A DNA stretch of 64,000 bases, taken from the NCBI GenBank assembly GCA_021432655.1, contig MU271335.1, positions 1-64,000 on the forward strand, read 5' to 3'. The position numbers were made by a program, and so were the translations under genes. The notes under the pieces were generated by a model. It saw only the letters and a list, made by a program, of their open reading frames with translations, searched no databases and was not told the DNA's origin. The stretch comes from Atractiella rhizophila (taxonomy: Eukaryota). Positions within the stretch are counted from its first letter, which is position 1, and the number at the start of each line of letters is the position of its first letter. This document shows positions 38,830 to 53,236 of the stretch, piece after piece.

Positions 38830-39847
38830 ATGAGTTTTTTTGGCTTGTGAGCTTCTTGCTGATTCACTGGGGTCCTGTCTCACCGTCGCGCAAGGTCTAA
38901 ACAGAAAGTTTGCGTGCACCTGTTGCACGAGGCTGGTGTACTTATGTAGTGCTCTAGACCTTCAAACAGCGCAACATCCCTCAAGGAACGAAGCAGTATC
39001 AGCTCAAGAAGTATGCGGAAGCTACTCTCGGATCAGGGAATTTGAGGCTAGCAGTTCAGCTGCCAGAAGGGGAAGATCTGAATGAATGGTTGGCAGTTAA
39101 TAGTGCGTTTCGTCCCCGTGCTTTGCGATTGGGAGTGACGAATTATTTGTTCCTCTTACTTCATGGATCAAGCTGTCGACTTCTTCAACCAGCTCAATAT
39201 GCTCTATGGTACGGTGACAGAGTTCTGCACTGATCAGGAATGTCCGATTATGAGCGCCGGTCCAAGGAGAGCTCTTCCACGCTTTCAATTCGGGAGTACT
39301 GAATTCATGTGCAGATTTGAATATCATTGGCAAGACGGCGTGAAATATAAGAGGCCAACCAAGATGTCAGCTCCGGGTTTGGCTCCCTCTCGCTTTATTT
39401 CTGCAAGCCCTGACCACACGTTTAAAGGCTATGTCGATGCACTCATGAACTGGGTACAAGACCTACTTGACAACGAGGACGTGTTCCCTAGCAAAATCGG
39501 TACGCTCGCAATGTCTTTCACTCACATGCGGCGACAGCCCTAAGTTGGGAGACAGGCGTACCGTTTCCCAAGGATTTCCAAGTCACCATTAAGTCGATCG
39601 TACGCCGACTTTTTCGAATCTACGCCCACCTTTATCATCACCATTTTGCGCAACTGTGTGCACTGAGCATAGAGGCGCATATCAATACGTCCTATCGTCA
39701 TTTCTTGCTCTTCGTAAACGAGGTTCGTCACAATCTCTTCGGCTCCTGCTAGAATTGATGAATTCTGGTTTAACCTAGTTTGACTTGATTGATCCGAAAG
39801 AACTGTCTCCTCTTAACGAGTTGAACGAAGGCATCCTCGCCCAATGA
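38830..39847 (+). CDS. MOB1: Mob1 kinase activator
   Basis: [68 protein letters not shown]...[15 protein letters not shown]. Confidence 0.96.
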
Positions 39848-40315
39848 TCTGCCTTTCATGATTACATTGGGGGGATCCAAACTTATCTCTGCATTTTGCA
39901 GACAGTTTTCAGGACATGATCCATGATATGCATGATGCGCCGCCGAATTTTGTTCAGAATTTGTTTTGTATACAGTAGGCATTTGCAAGTAAAGTTTAAT
40001 GATTTGTAAAACTCTCAGATCCTATCGCTCGAACAAATGCATAAAATGAGACAAAAACGTCTGCTCCAATTTGTATGAGTCGTCCGCATAATCGAAATAT
40101 ATACTCTGAGGGCCTATCCAAATAATGTGTTCATTATCGTAAGTATCAGCGTAACAACGAAAAAAAGCCCCAACACCCAGGAACAAATACGGAACAAGCG
40201 ACGATAACAAAACGACGATGCGCAAGGATATTCGAAATAAAAGAATACACAGATTTACAAACAACAGGTCCGGAAAGAAGAGTTTAACAGGATCGTCACA
40301 ACATCACCGTCATAT

Positions 40316-43300
40316 TTATCGTCCCATTGGAGCTCTCGGTCCTACAAAATCGTGTCAACAAATTAGACTGGTAACGCATGAAGCGACTAACCTCTTGGAC
40401 CACCTCCCATCTGCATTGGCGGTGGTTGACCGCGCGGTGGGCCCATTCCAGGGCCCATCCTTCTTCCTGACTCGCTTGGTGGTGGCCTAGAACTCATCCG
40501 AGATGCTGGTCGACCTGGTCCTGTCGGCGCATTAGGGCCTCCTCGTGGAATCCCATGCCTGCTCTGAAAATCTAGAAAAGAGCTAATATCCGCCTGAAGC
40601 AATCGCTTCTGTTCGTTAAGGGCATTCATTTCGTCGAGCAGTTTCTTGAGCTATAACAAAAGAATATCAGCCGAGGTCTTGGCTTGGAAAAATGAAAGAC
40701 CTACTTCACCGGACATCACCTCAGTTACATTGCCCTCCATTCCAGCTCTGAGTTGCTCTACTAGTTCCTCTGGATTAACTGCAGGGGTTGTAGGCACTTG
40801 CTGTGAAGATTGGGATGCCAATTCCGCCTCTGTTCCTTCATTGAGTACCCACTGACAAGCGTGATAAAAGACGAACGCTCCGCCAGACTCCTGGCAACCT
40901 CGCCGTATGCCTCTGTCTGTTCGCGCAGTTGTTGGATGAGCAGATCCAAACCTAAGCAGGGTCTGTCAGTTCTGCCTTTGCTATTAGAATAAACACCATA
41001 CTCGCAGAATGTTCTTTCTCTATCATCTCCTGCTGGCGTCTGCTCATTTCCTCGATCTCTTTTCGCTTTTGTTCCAGAGCGGACATCTCTGCACCTTGAG
41101 ACTCCTTTTCACGCCGTCGTGCTTCCTTTTGGATGCTCTTAGCTGCTTCACGGTCTTTACTGTCTTTGATTTCCTGGAGAATTTGGTGCAAGCTGTGGGG
41201 CATCAGTAAATGGGCAGATAGCACGAGTGAGAAACATACCTTTCCAACATCATTTTGTCCATTCCTTCACCCTCAGAGGCATCCTCATAGATAGTCATCC
41301 CATCATCATCCATTACGGACCCCGCTTTTGTCGGAGCCCGTTTCCCCCATCGCTCTGATCTGCCATCACCTGGTTTTGGCCCGCCCCAGACCCTCGCTCC
41401 AAAAACGGTCGGAGGACCTTTGGGTAAACGGGGCCCGGTCAAGCGGCCTCTCGATGACTGCCCGCTCTTGTTACGAAGAACAGATGGAGCAACTTCTGGA
41501 GGTGGAGACGTTGGCGGAATAGTAGCAGAATCGAGCATGTCCGGTCCAGGATCTGTTGAGGTTGGTTGAACTTCGACAATCGGAATTGTAGCTGGAGACG
41601 GCGGAGAGTTGAGAATGGTTTTGACCTGCCGGAACTCTTGTTGGAGGGTCTGTATGGCGGCACTGAGGCTCTGGAATTCATCCGACCGGTCTTTCATGTT
41701 GTTGGCCAAAATCTCGTGCATTTGACCTATGTAAACCGACAATTCCTTCTGGTAGGTAGCAGAACGATCAGCGGCTGCGAAGATGTCAGTACAGCACCGG
41801 GAAAAACTTTGCTACTGACAGGCTCCATGAGCTGCAAGAGCATTTTGAATCTCGCTGAGGACACCAGTATGTTGAGCAGCACCCGCTTTGTACTGTCTGA
41901 GAGGTGAGTTGACAGAATGTAACGCAGACCAAAAGCTCACAGCCTCCAAAAGAGCATCTTGCGTCAATGGAGCGACTGATGCCCTCGTATCCGATGGTGA
42001 AACTGGCGCGACATTGTGCAGTTCAACACTCGATGTCGCGACAGATCGCGGGCGAGGCAGAGGAGCAGGCTAGTTATCCATGAGCCGTCTCACCATGCCC
42101 GGGTTGAATACCCCTTACCTCTATAACTTGGTTGTAAACACCGTCGGAGATGGAAAACGGTTCCCGACTTCGTTTGGATGAGTTCCGTAACAAATCAACC
42201 TACGACTGCTAAGAAACGCGGGTAATTCAAGGCGACACTTACCGACGAAGCTCGACGAGATGGGTCGAGTTGGGCTTCCGGAGTCTGTAGCGGCAGATTG
42301 AGCAAACCTAAAACGACAGCAAAAGCTTACATCTTCTGACCAACGGCTTGTTAAGTTGTTTGGAAGCGCCGTTACTGGAGGATACTGTCGATCAGATGTT
42401 TGTCGTTTTCGCTCTTGCTTCAGAGAGCGAGTTGCCGTGAGAACAGGCGATGTCTTATCACAGTCAGATCCAGTCAAAGGAAAGACCGCATAACGTACAT
42501 CAGGGCCAGGTTGACGAAATAGAGCCTCAGGATTGTCAAGAGGAATGTTCTGTGGACTTTTTTGTCCTTCCAAATGACGCTGCGCACGGGCCCTCTGTTC
42601 TTGGATTCGCTGAACCGCAAGATCGGGGGGCGTTACTACGCGAACGTCTTGGTGCTACAGAACAGATTAGCGCGGAGAGGTGAAGCGATAAAAACACACT
42701 GTGACCATCAATGATGGAGCTTCCGAAACAGCGTCACGAAGGGGTACTGTATTGTCAGGCAGAGCGGTGTCCATCCCCTTCATCTTCTTCCACCTCATGA
42801 CGTCTTCATCAAAGTCCACGTCCATAGTAAACATTGAAGCATTGTCTGAAAGCGTCATTGTTTCCAGAGACGGTGAAGCCATCGGAGGGGGAATAACAGG
42901 TGCAGGAGGTTCATTAATTCGAGACACGATGGTTTGCAGTATGCCTTCTATTCGGTCTAATGCAAGCGAGTTGTAGACAGCAGACTCGTTCTGAGGTTCA
43001 GAAGAGGGGGCAACCGGAGAAGTCGCTGCCGCGGGTCCTGGCAGGGAAGTAGGGAGACTTGCTACGGCTGTGTCTACAGCAGCCGCCGTAGAACTTACGT
43101 CGACGATGCCTGACTGAGTGTCGGATGCAGAATCTTTCCCTTTAAGAGTCTTGTCGACAGCGAAGGACACCTTGTGCTGACTTTCCAGCAGAATGTTGCA
43201 CAAGGTCAGCATATAATCGACCTTGTCTGCTACATTGGGTTCATCACCCCCTTCGCTCTCGTGGTGGCCCTTCAGCCTCTTCGCGATAGAAACCAGTTGA

Positions 43301-46300
43301 CCTTGTATGTCATTGAGGTGATCGCCAAGTCGGTTCGAGCGAGAAATCGCAACGCTGTCCTGCCTTTCCATCGCTTTCAGCAGCCGCTGTAGATCCCTCG
43401 CCACAGCGCGAGAAGGCACTTGCGCGCCGGGAAGTAGGTCACTCTTCGTGCTTTTGCGCTCGATGTCGGACCATGCACCTCTCCCCTTTCTTCTTGGGCT
43501 TCGAAGATCTGGAGAGAGATAACTGGACTCAAATGATCGTTCGCTTTCCATTATAGAAGAAGGCGGGCGCCGTTTGGGTTGTCCAGGATCTTGAAGCACG
43601 TATCGCCTCAGTTTGGAACTGGACCCGTGGACTGAGGTCGGCGGAGTCCCAAGGATATCGTTTGCTGTCCTCCAGTTTTCAGGGCTATTGGGAGCGGATA
43701 TGGACTGCTGTTGGAGATGAGGCAAAGATTGTTGGTGCGCACGCGGGGTCGTTGGATCCGCATAGGTATTGGAATCGTGCTGGTGCGAGTTCATGTGAGG
43801 CGTGTTTGGGACGGAAGGAATAGTAGCTCCTCCAGGAGACAGGGTCTCTGCTCTTAACGATGCTGCCCTCTTTCGTTGGTCACCCACTGCCCATAGATCC
43901 ATCGGTTCTTTCCTCAATCCCGCATCGGATCGATCATCCATGACACTTCCGAGTACGTCTCTGTATTGATTCTCGAGACTAGTCTGTCGTTGCCAATGCA
44001 TTTCTTCCGTGGGTGTCATACTAGGGACCGGTGAACGCCATCGCTTGTCCAAATTTGGTCCAGAAGCTTGAATAAATTGTTGGCTAGCGGCAGATTGAGA
44101 GGAAAACCTATTCATATTAGAGGAGGTGGCACTCGGTATAGTCCGCGAGTCGCTGATCTGACTGTTCAACAATTGCGACAGTCCAGGCGAAATCATCGCC
44201 GGCAGCTCTTGGACAGAAGGTAGAGGGTTTGAAGTGACTTTCTTCGGTGTTCCTTCATCAGTTGAAAAGCTAGCAATGCTCACAGAAGCTCCGGGAGCAA
44301 ATTTGAGCATATTCCATATCTTCGTGACCCATTCGCTCCTTTGTTGAGCTTTATCCGTTGCAAACCGCTCTCTTCTGCCGCCTTTCCAACGTAGCTGAAA
44401 GACGTGCAGACTGATATTACTTTTCCGATTTGCAGTAGCTAAATCGTCCAAGTCATATTCGTTCTCCGTGGTTCGTCGAGCGCGTATAGATTCAACATCA
44501 ATCAAGTCTTTGAGAGACAGTTGCGTATGATCATGAGAATCGAGGAACGAAATGCGGAGCATTCCAGGCTCAAGAACTGCTCTCGCGGGTCGCCAATAGG
44601 GAGCCCGTGGATCCTGAGTGTCGGTTACCAGTACAGAAACATCTCCAAAGAACGAGAACTAAGACCTCTTGAGTAAGTCACCTCTAAAATGACAAAACAC
44701 TGACATCGTAGAAGGAGCTGTCTGCGCTCCTTGCACTTTCGAAACTTATCATGCTGACGGGTCTTTCTACCCGTTCTGGGATTGAAGCTCCATCGCTCAG
44801 CTCCCTGATCCTCTTGTTCCTCCCGGTGGAAGAACCTTCCCTTTCCCACTCACTTCGAATAGAAGGTAGCGCCTCGCTTTGCCCCCTACCGTGACCCCAC
44901 CGCTTGGGACTCTGTCTTGTCTCGAAAGAGCTTCCTTCTTTATCCCCTTCGAACATTCGGATAAGCTGACTCGCACTCTTACTTGCGCTCGTTGTGCTTG
45001 GAGAATCCTGCCTTCCAGGAAGGTCATCCATGGAATTCGACCGCGGATGCTCAAACATCTCTTTTCGCCGTTGCATCGTTGGACTGACAACGCCTGCCCT
45101 CCCTCCCTGGATGCCTTGACTCTGCGGGCTTCGCCCTCCGGTTAAGCTCTTGGGAGGGGTTGAATCTGAACCGTAGTCAAAGGTTTGGCTGTTTCTAAGG
45201 GAGCTCTCGGGCAGATAGCGACTCTTCATTTCTCGTGAAAACTGCTTGAAACTGGAATCTTTGGAGCGGAAGGTATCAATGGATGATCGTTCTGTCCTCT
45301 CGCTGACAGGTGAGAGCGGATGACGGATTAGCTCGTATGGCTCTCCATTCCTTCCTATCCCTGAAAGAATGTTCGAGTTGTCCACTTTATCTTGGGGTTC
45401 GGTGGCGTCAACGGGTTGAGGCAAGCCAGACGCCTTGAGCTTTTCGGCTGAAGCAGCAGATGAGGATACAGACATTTGGTCCAGATAGTCTTCCACACTT
45501 TGAAATCCTTCAAGGGAGAGAGCGTGAGCCTCATCAGACGCCCGTGATGCCCTTTGCAAGACCGCAGGAGGGGAGCCGGATGAGGGGAGCGCGGAGGGTT
45601 GTCGCGGAGGAGTTGGTTCGCTGGAATCCTCTGATGGTGGAAGCGGAGGAAGGGATTTGAGATCAACACTAATGGGCTGAGAGATGTTGTCAAACGAATC
45701 ATAAGACACGGTATCATGCGCGAGGCGCTGGAGGGGTTGTTCCGTCACAGCCTCCTTATTATCCAACTTGTAGGCGACATCTCCTTCATAAGGCTTCTCT
45801 GACTCCTTCGGAGTCCCAAACACAGTCGCACTCGTCGCTGTGTCTCCCACAGAGCTGGTGAGAGGCGTAGCGCCCGTGACTTCGGTAGAAGTGTTGCTAG
45901 CCGTCGACTGATTTCGTTTGAGACTGAGGTTCTTCATGAGATTGGGTGACATCCGGATCTTGGGTTTTCCGCCAGGACTCGAAGGTGGTCTCCCCATCCT
46001 TGGGCTAGGCGGAGCGTTCCGAGTGCCAGCATTCGGAGAAGGCGGGGTTGGAGAGGGAGGAGGTTTGGGACGGAAAGCAGGGATCTCCTGGATCACCATT
46101 CCGCCCATTCTGGTTGGCGTTGGACTGGGGGAAGGGCCAAGGTCCGGAGACGCGAAAGGAGAGGTTGGAGATAAAGGGACATTGATGGACCTGATTCTGC
46201 CGTTGGGGGAGGACAATGCAGAAGCAGTCGGGCTCGTTCGCGTGAGGTGGGGAGCGCGTCCGTAAGGCAAATGCAAGGATGTGGGATCTTCGTTGCGCGT

Positions 46301-46632
46301 CAGAGGGATGTAAGGGGTGGAAAATATGTCGTTAAAAAGGCCGTTAGACCCTGTTGAAGGGAGATCGAGGGCGGAGACGCTGCTGTCACTAAGGCCATCG
46401 TTCTGGGAAATACGACTGAAACGGTCCTGTCTTGCGAGACGCTTCCGCCTGACTTCCTCCAATATGTCGAGCTCAGAGTCCCCAGCCTGACTTGAAGCCG
46501 ATATGTCCTCGACAACGGGGTTATCAAGAAACTGGCGTATTGATGTCAAGGATGGTGAAGGGGGAGAGTCGTCGGACCTGACGATGATGTATATCACCGA
46601 CCCATAATATTTAAGATATGAGGCACTCACAT
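40316..46632 (-). CDS. Large low-complexity protein with a central PH-like domain and C-terminal coiled coil, multi-exon
   Basis: 658-aa and 631-aa ORFs joined by short introns; PH-like WRPARAVL..GMLRISF...LSLKDLIDVES...FQLRWKGGRRERFATDKAQQRSEWVTKIW; C-terminal LLDEMNALNEQKRLLQADI. Confidence 0.7.
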
Positions 46633-46857
46633 ATAGCATGCACTTTGCACTGGGTATCACGTTTTATCGCTGCTATCAATCCAACAGAAATCCTGGTTTC
46701 CTTCCTTGTTTGTTTCGTTCGTGGTCGAACTTCTACTTCTGGAACAGAACGTACACCGCACGTACCTGGCGTCGTCCAAACACGCCGTAGCCATAAATTT
46801 GCATTGCATTGCACTATTCGTATTCGGTGGTTAAGGCACATCGAGTAGCAGCTAGCT

Positions 46858-49800
46858 ATGTCAGGCCAAGTCGTACTCTCATACTCGCCCTCAGAACAGT
46901 TCTCCCAACTCCTCCCTTCCCTCAAGACCCAGCTGCCAATCCTCAACCTCCATTGGAAGTCCAATGCCCGCTCGCTCCGAACAATCCAGTCTATCAACAT
47001 CGACTTCGAACAGTTCCCGCCTCATTCGCTACCAGAGCCACATCTAGGAGTCACCATTCGTCCAACTATCCACACTTACTTCGTCGCCTGCGACGACTCT
47101 GAAGTCTACCGGAGCTCAGTGAGGAAGGAGATCAGAGATTGGTTGGACTTGGTCGAAAAGAGGAAAGGACAGGAGTGGTTGATTGTAAATGTGGTGCCGA
47201 AGGGGAAGGAAGGCATCGGTCGATGGGCAAGGAAGTCGGGAGTGCTGGACAAGATCAAGGCTGACTTCAATACAACCAAGAAGGAGAGGTACGCTTTCTA
47301 CTCTCTGGACATGGGCGTGTAGTGAGAGTCATGTCCCTTCAAGGTGCCTCCAAATTTCGCAGCCTGGTACGGACTGGACGGAGTTCCTGCTCAAATTGAA
47401 AGAAGCAATCATTTCTACATTTGACAGCTACGTCTCTTCAACGGAAGACGAAATACGAAAACAGGACTTGCAGCGTCAAGTACCCGGCTGGAACTTTTGC
47501 CGGTTCTTTCTATTTAAGGTGTGGCCACATCTTTGCTGTTATAACTTCCTTACCTCGATGCTCTGCAGGAATCGCTGGCACTTTCATTCGAGTCGCTGTC
47601 TCTGTATCAAGACGCGCTGCAATGCTACGACGAGCTTGAAGCGTCCTTCTTTTTCGCTTTACGTTCTTCAAATCTCTCCTGGTTTGACAAGATAGGCGGA
47701 ACGGCACCTGACGACGACTCCGCGCCTCTGTTGAGCATAACGAAGAAACCTTACCGAGACTATCTACTCAAAAACGAGATTACCGTGTTTGACTTCAGAT
47801 GCTACCTGTTCGCGAGGCAGGCCAAGCTACTCGGAAGGCTCGGACGGATTGAAGAAGCGGGAAGAAGGGGAGAGGTCTTTATCAGCAACTTTGCCCGAAC
47901 ATTACGTGAGAATGAGGTGAGCATCCCTGCCGAAAGTCCTCTGGAGGAAATACTAAGCCAGAGGGAAGGCCGCCCTTGCCCCAAACTTCATAGAAAGCTG
48001 GATATACTCCGGTTGTCTCAATATTGTCGACCAATGCTTGAAATGGGGTTTAGAGAATGGAATGGAAGGGCAGATGCAGAGTTTTGGGTCCGTGAAAGCT
48101 GAGCTTCTCGATCTGGCGAAAAAACAGGTGCGCACTGCTCTTTCTCTCGCTCTAAACTCTGCCAATGTTAGACATAAGCTCGAAAAAGTTGGAGTGCAAT
48201 ATGGTCACCTCCCGAACGCACATCCCTTCTCAGTGGCTTTGAATGAGCATGTCCCTAATTCTGCAGACACATCTTCATCCGCGGACCGGGCATCTTCTCT
48301 CCCTCCCATATCGCAGAAGGACCTCATAGAGGCTATTGCATCAAAAGAAGCCCTAGACCAATTATATGTAAAGCTAACCAATCGAGCTATTGAAGCTTAT
48401 CAAGCTTCTGGACGCAAACGTTTTGCTCTCAAATTGCATGCATCACTTGCTGCTCTGGAAAGGTAGGCGAAAAGTTTATATCGAGTGTGGTTTCTAAGAG
48501 CTGCCAGGTATCGTGATCATTTACCTTCCGCTCAAAGGCTCTTTTCTCCACTTCCTGGCCACTACGTCGAATCTCGTTGGACAGGCATTGAATCGTCTCT
48601 CCTCCGTCATACCTGCGATCTTCAAGAGAAGTTAGACATGCCAAAAGAGCGACTGCTCAGCGTCTTGGCTCTTTTGCGAGCCGGCCTTCCACCGGATGCT
48701 GAACAGCTTCTAATAGAAGTGAAACAAGGTGCAGCAAAGCTGGACAAGGACTTTGCTGCCATTTCTTTTCCCGCCTTTGATGTCAGGTTGAAGGAAGGAC
48801 GAGGTAAACAAGCAGATGGAGAGGATGGCGTAATTGTCTCTCTGATTGTGGAGAATAAGCTTCCTTGCGTAAGAGGGCTACTTTATTGCTTCATTCCTAC
48901 TGACTGGGGCGAGCTAGTCAATGGAGACAGAAGAGATAAGAATCAAGTTTTCAACTACAACATCCGACCAGGTTTGGTTTGCCTCTGGCCCACACTGTCT
49001 TCAGTCTGGTATAAACCACGTAGATGTGTTTTCCGCGGTAAGTACTAATAAATGCCCTATATTTCGGAAGAGTGATCTTTGCGAGAAGAGCCCCATTTCC
49101 GGACGACTGCATCTGCAACTTGCGCAAATTCGCTATTCTCGCATCGTCTTCCAATACTCCTACAAGGTGCCATCGAAAGGAGACCTTCGCACATCACTGT
49201 CACAAGAGATTTTCATGTCCAAAGACCGCGATGCTTTTGATGCTTCAATAGAAGCCCCGTCGACAAGTCTGTCCCTTGCAATAGCTTGTCCGTGATGCTG
49301 ATGAATTGGCAGTTTGCCTCGACCAAAAGCGGGCGGTCCTCGTTGTCCTTCGTTCTGGAAGGAATGACGTTAGAAAAGCAGTAGTTTCCCTTGCCACGAA
49401 TGAACCCGGGATCGTCTTCAAGTATGATGAGAGTTATATTCCTTTAGGTGGAGGCATAACACAGGTCAAACGAGGGATTGAAGTTGAGGGCATAAAACCT
49501 TCAGAGAGAATGGAGGTCATGATTCCGTTCACAGGCGTTCCTCGAGAAGCCAAGATGGATGTGCGACCCCTCACTCTCCCTGCTTTCGTACTAAAGCAGT
49601 GGTAGGTCAACCTCAGTGTGGATTATTATACAAATGTTCGCCCTGATCAGCGACGAGCGCTCAAGAGAATGTTGCCGTTTTCTACCAGCTTGGAAGTTGC
49701 TGTCAACGTCCAAGATTTCTTCCGCACCAACTGGTGGGATTTTGTATCACTCTTGACTGGGGATTGGCTAACTGGGTCATAGCTTGATTTCTCGTTTCAC

Positions 49801-51049
49801 AATTGCGTCTTATAACGGCGAACCATTCCGGGTATCCTCTGCCGCGGTGCAAGGTTCGACTGATCTTAATTCTCAGTCAACCAGGTCTCAATGTGGCCTC
49901 TATGTGAGAGTATTCAAACTTCCATGCACAGGAATTGATGGATTGTGGCAGACTGTTTTGGGTGACCAAACTGCGAGCTTCTTGTTCAAATTCAATCATA
50001 AGGAGCCGACAGTATCCCGCACGTTTTTTCCGTGGTGTTGCAGTATTGCTGATCATTGTGCTCAGATATGGCAGCTCTATCTCGTTTCGTGCTGCATTAC
50101 ATATCAATCAAAGAGGGTCGGACCACGCTTGCTCTCTCTTTGTGTTCATGTCCTGATTTCATGGACAGAATTATCTGCCATGATCCGTGTCGTGACCGAA
50201 AAATTGGTCAAAGAACGCCAATTATGGAAGTACATCGGACTGCTCACAGAAATCACCTCAAGATGGCTTGAAGACGTTGATACAGAACATTACGCCCTTT
50301 CAGATGAGCTAATCCTACCCCGGGAAGACCCCCAACTCGCATGCAAGCTTAAACACCAACTGCTCATTGACGATGGTGTGGCGGACAGCCTGGTAGAATG
50401 TGTGAAGAACGTCCGAGAGGTACGGTACTTCTATGTGGTGCTCTTTGTTCAGAGGCTCTTCAGGTTAGCGCACGACATCGACTGGACAGTTCCGAGATGC
50501 CCTGGCGATCCCTTGAAATCCCCGTCGAAATGCCTTCCATGACTGTGCTAATTCCTCTCTCAGTACGGTGTCCAGTGCTCAAACTGGGGTGCAGATCATA
50601 AACGTTGTAAAGGTGCTAGCTGCAAATACCTCTGGTCATGAAGTTGGGGAAGCTTTGCCAGTACAGATCTCCATCCACAGCTCTTTCGAATGGAATGTCG
50701 ACGAAACGATCTATCAACAAAACAGCGTCGGTCTTGTTTATGACGTTGCTGCCGATCCAGAGGATTGGTTAGTTACTGGTCGAAAAAAAGGAGAATTCTT
50801 AGTTTCTGTGGGTGCTGATTTCCTTTGTAACTCAAAGCTAATGGAGTACAGCCATCAAATCCAAAGGAATGTGTGGTATCGCTCACCCTCGTAGCACTGC
50901 GACCTGGCCGCCTATTTCTACCATCCATCGTCATCTCTCCCATTGACCCAACAACGAGTTGTGAGACGCAGTACACAAATGCAGTTCAGCACATAGATGT
51001 TCGCCCAGTCACATCAAAAACCACTTTTCACGTCTCATTGCACGACTAA
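46858..51049 (+). CDS. TRS130: TRAPP II subunit Trs130/TRAPPC10, multi-exon
   Basis: QLPILNLHWKS, YRSSVRKEIRDWL, VLDKIKADFN, QRQVPGWNFCRFFLFK|ESLA, KPYRDYLLKNEITVFDFRCYLFARQ, C-terminal DWLVTGRKKGEF. Confidence 0.93.
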
Positions 51050-51153
51050 CATGTTGTATGGACCAGATCCTGGTGCGTGCTTCCACCCTGTTGAAACACC
51101 AATGTAATAATACCGCAATTCCATGTCTATCACCATGCGTTACCGACTGTCCC

Positions 51154-53033
51154 TTACTTCACTTTCTTCTTTACTGTCTGTTTCCGCTCTTTCTTTTTCT
51201 CCCGCCGCTCCCGTCGGTCTTGCTTCACCCCCTGCTTCCGTTCCTGAAACTGCGTCAGCTGCTGTTGGGTACATCAAAGAAGACTCACTCGCTTAGCATC
51301 CTTGTCCTCGAATCTTTTGCCTTTCGGCGTTTTCTCCAAATCGTCGTCACCTTGCTCACTCTCCTGCTCACCGTCTCCTTCTGAATCTGAAGTCATGGCC
51401 TCCTCTCCGACTGGCACCGTTTCTTCAGGCCTGTTTTCACCCACCAACCTTGTTACTCCAGCGTATATCAGCTGATCCTTCCCGCCGGTTAGCAAAATGT
51501 CGATATCACGTTCAGCATCCACGACGTCTTTGAGCTGAGACGGGATGTAGGATTGTTGGAACACGGCTTCATCGATGTGATTGCGCTCGTCCTGATGAGA
51601 ATTCCGCAGCGAATGAATGCTCTCCAATATGGCAGCAACGCTTTCTTTGCCGTCGACGCCATGCGCGCTGGGTTGAGTGACATAGGCGAATGTCTGAATC
51701 ACGCCTAGCGTATTCACACCTCGTTTGAAGAAAAAGTCGTCAACATTCTTGATATCAGATCTAAGAAAGTCGAATGCATGGGGGTGGTCATGTTCCACCG
51801 ATTGAGACACATCAATAACAAATAGATGAGACTGGTGATACCTTGCTCATTCTGTCAAATCATCCAAATCAAAATTTTGGAGAACTTACAAGATATTGTA
51901 TTCGCTCAAATCTGCATGTATCAATCTGCATTCGTGATAGAGCTGTCGGAGCAGTACCAAAGCTTCAATGTAGAGTTCTTCCGCCTTTGCATCGGGAATA
52001 TCTGCATCTTTCAGGCGTGGAGAAGCTCTATCGTGGATCAGAGTCAGTCAGTTACTGCCTGTACTTGACAGAGAGATCTCACCGCCAGGTGCCATCGCCA
52101 AGAAAGTCCATGACGAGAACGTTATTCCTGACCTCTACAGGTTCTGGGACCCGCATGCCAGCTTTGTGAATTCGTTTCAAATTTCGCATCTCCTTCTCCG
52201 CCCAAACTCGAACCATTTTCCGTGGATTACTCCTGGAGTATCCATTTCGATATCTGAATTCTCCCGTAACGTATCGATCCCGGTCCTTGAATTGGAGGAT
52301 CGAGGTTTTGTACACCTTTACCGCAAAATGTCTCTGCTGCAGGCTGGATTCTGGCGGTGCGGGTCCCACGGCGTGATACACGTTGGCTTCTTTTCCTGTG
52401 CTGACGCATCCATCGACTCGATCAAAAAGACCCCTTCCGATCATTTTGAACAGAATTAGCCTTGTACGGGGGTCGAGAACCTGCTCAGAGGTCGCGCGAT
52501 CGGATTTGTCCTTTAGAACGCTTCGCACTTCGCTGCCCCCTTTCCTCGTCGATAAGGACGAAACTGAAAAGATAGGACCTAAATTGAGGTTGGAAGTGAA
52601 TCGTGAGCCAAGAGTAGCGAGTTGATCCTCCACTTTAGAAGAATGGACATTTTGCACCTTAGCTTTTATTGACTCTGGTGCCTGGCGGGAGGCTTGGTTG
52701 AAAGCAGGTACTATTGCCGCTTGTGGCGATTTAACTTTTCTTTTCGTTCGTTGCTGACTGGCATCGATGTATTGGCGCATTCTGTTGTATCTTTTTGTCA
52801 GATCTACATTTACATTGCTTCAGGTGCCGTTCAAATCAAGTTTGAGATAACATACCTCCTGAGACATTTTCCCAGTCTGCTTGGTCCACATCCAAGTCAC
52901 TCTCCGAAGACGACGAGGATGGTGGTAGATTGGTGGTGCGCTGCCAGTATTCAGATGGATCGTCGAAATCATCAGTGAATACGGGAGGTGGTTTCGGCGC
53001 GGCAAACACAAATTCTGGGCGTGGTTCAGACAT
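51154..53033 (-). CDS. RIO1: Rio1 atypical protein kinase
   Basis: [111 protein letters not shown]. Confidence 0.97.
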
Positions 53034-53236
53034 CTTATTACTGGACCTCCTTGAGTTAGCTATCAGAGCTACCTTACACCTTGATCGAAGCTTGATGATC
53101 TTTTGTCGTTGGAATGAGAAATTTGATCGGAAGTCGGCGTTAATGGCGTTTATGTAACTTCTACTTCCACGCCACACCAGATACATTGCTGTCCTTCTCC
53201 TTCTGTTCGCACCGAGATCGTTCCCTGTCAGTCAGA

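Noticed and set aside
1..39847. Functional cluster of NUD1-like, MOB4 and MOB1 (SIN/STRIPAK genes)
   Set aside because: They are separated by many unrelated genes over about 40 kb; chance is sufficient without synteny data.
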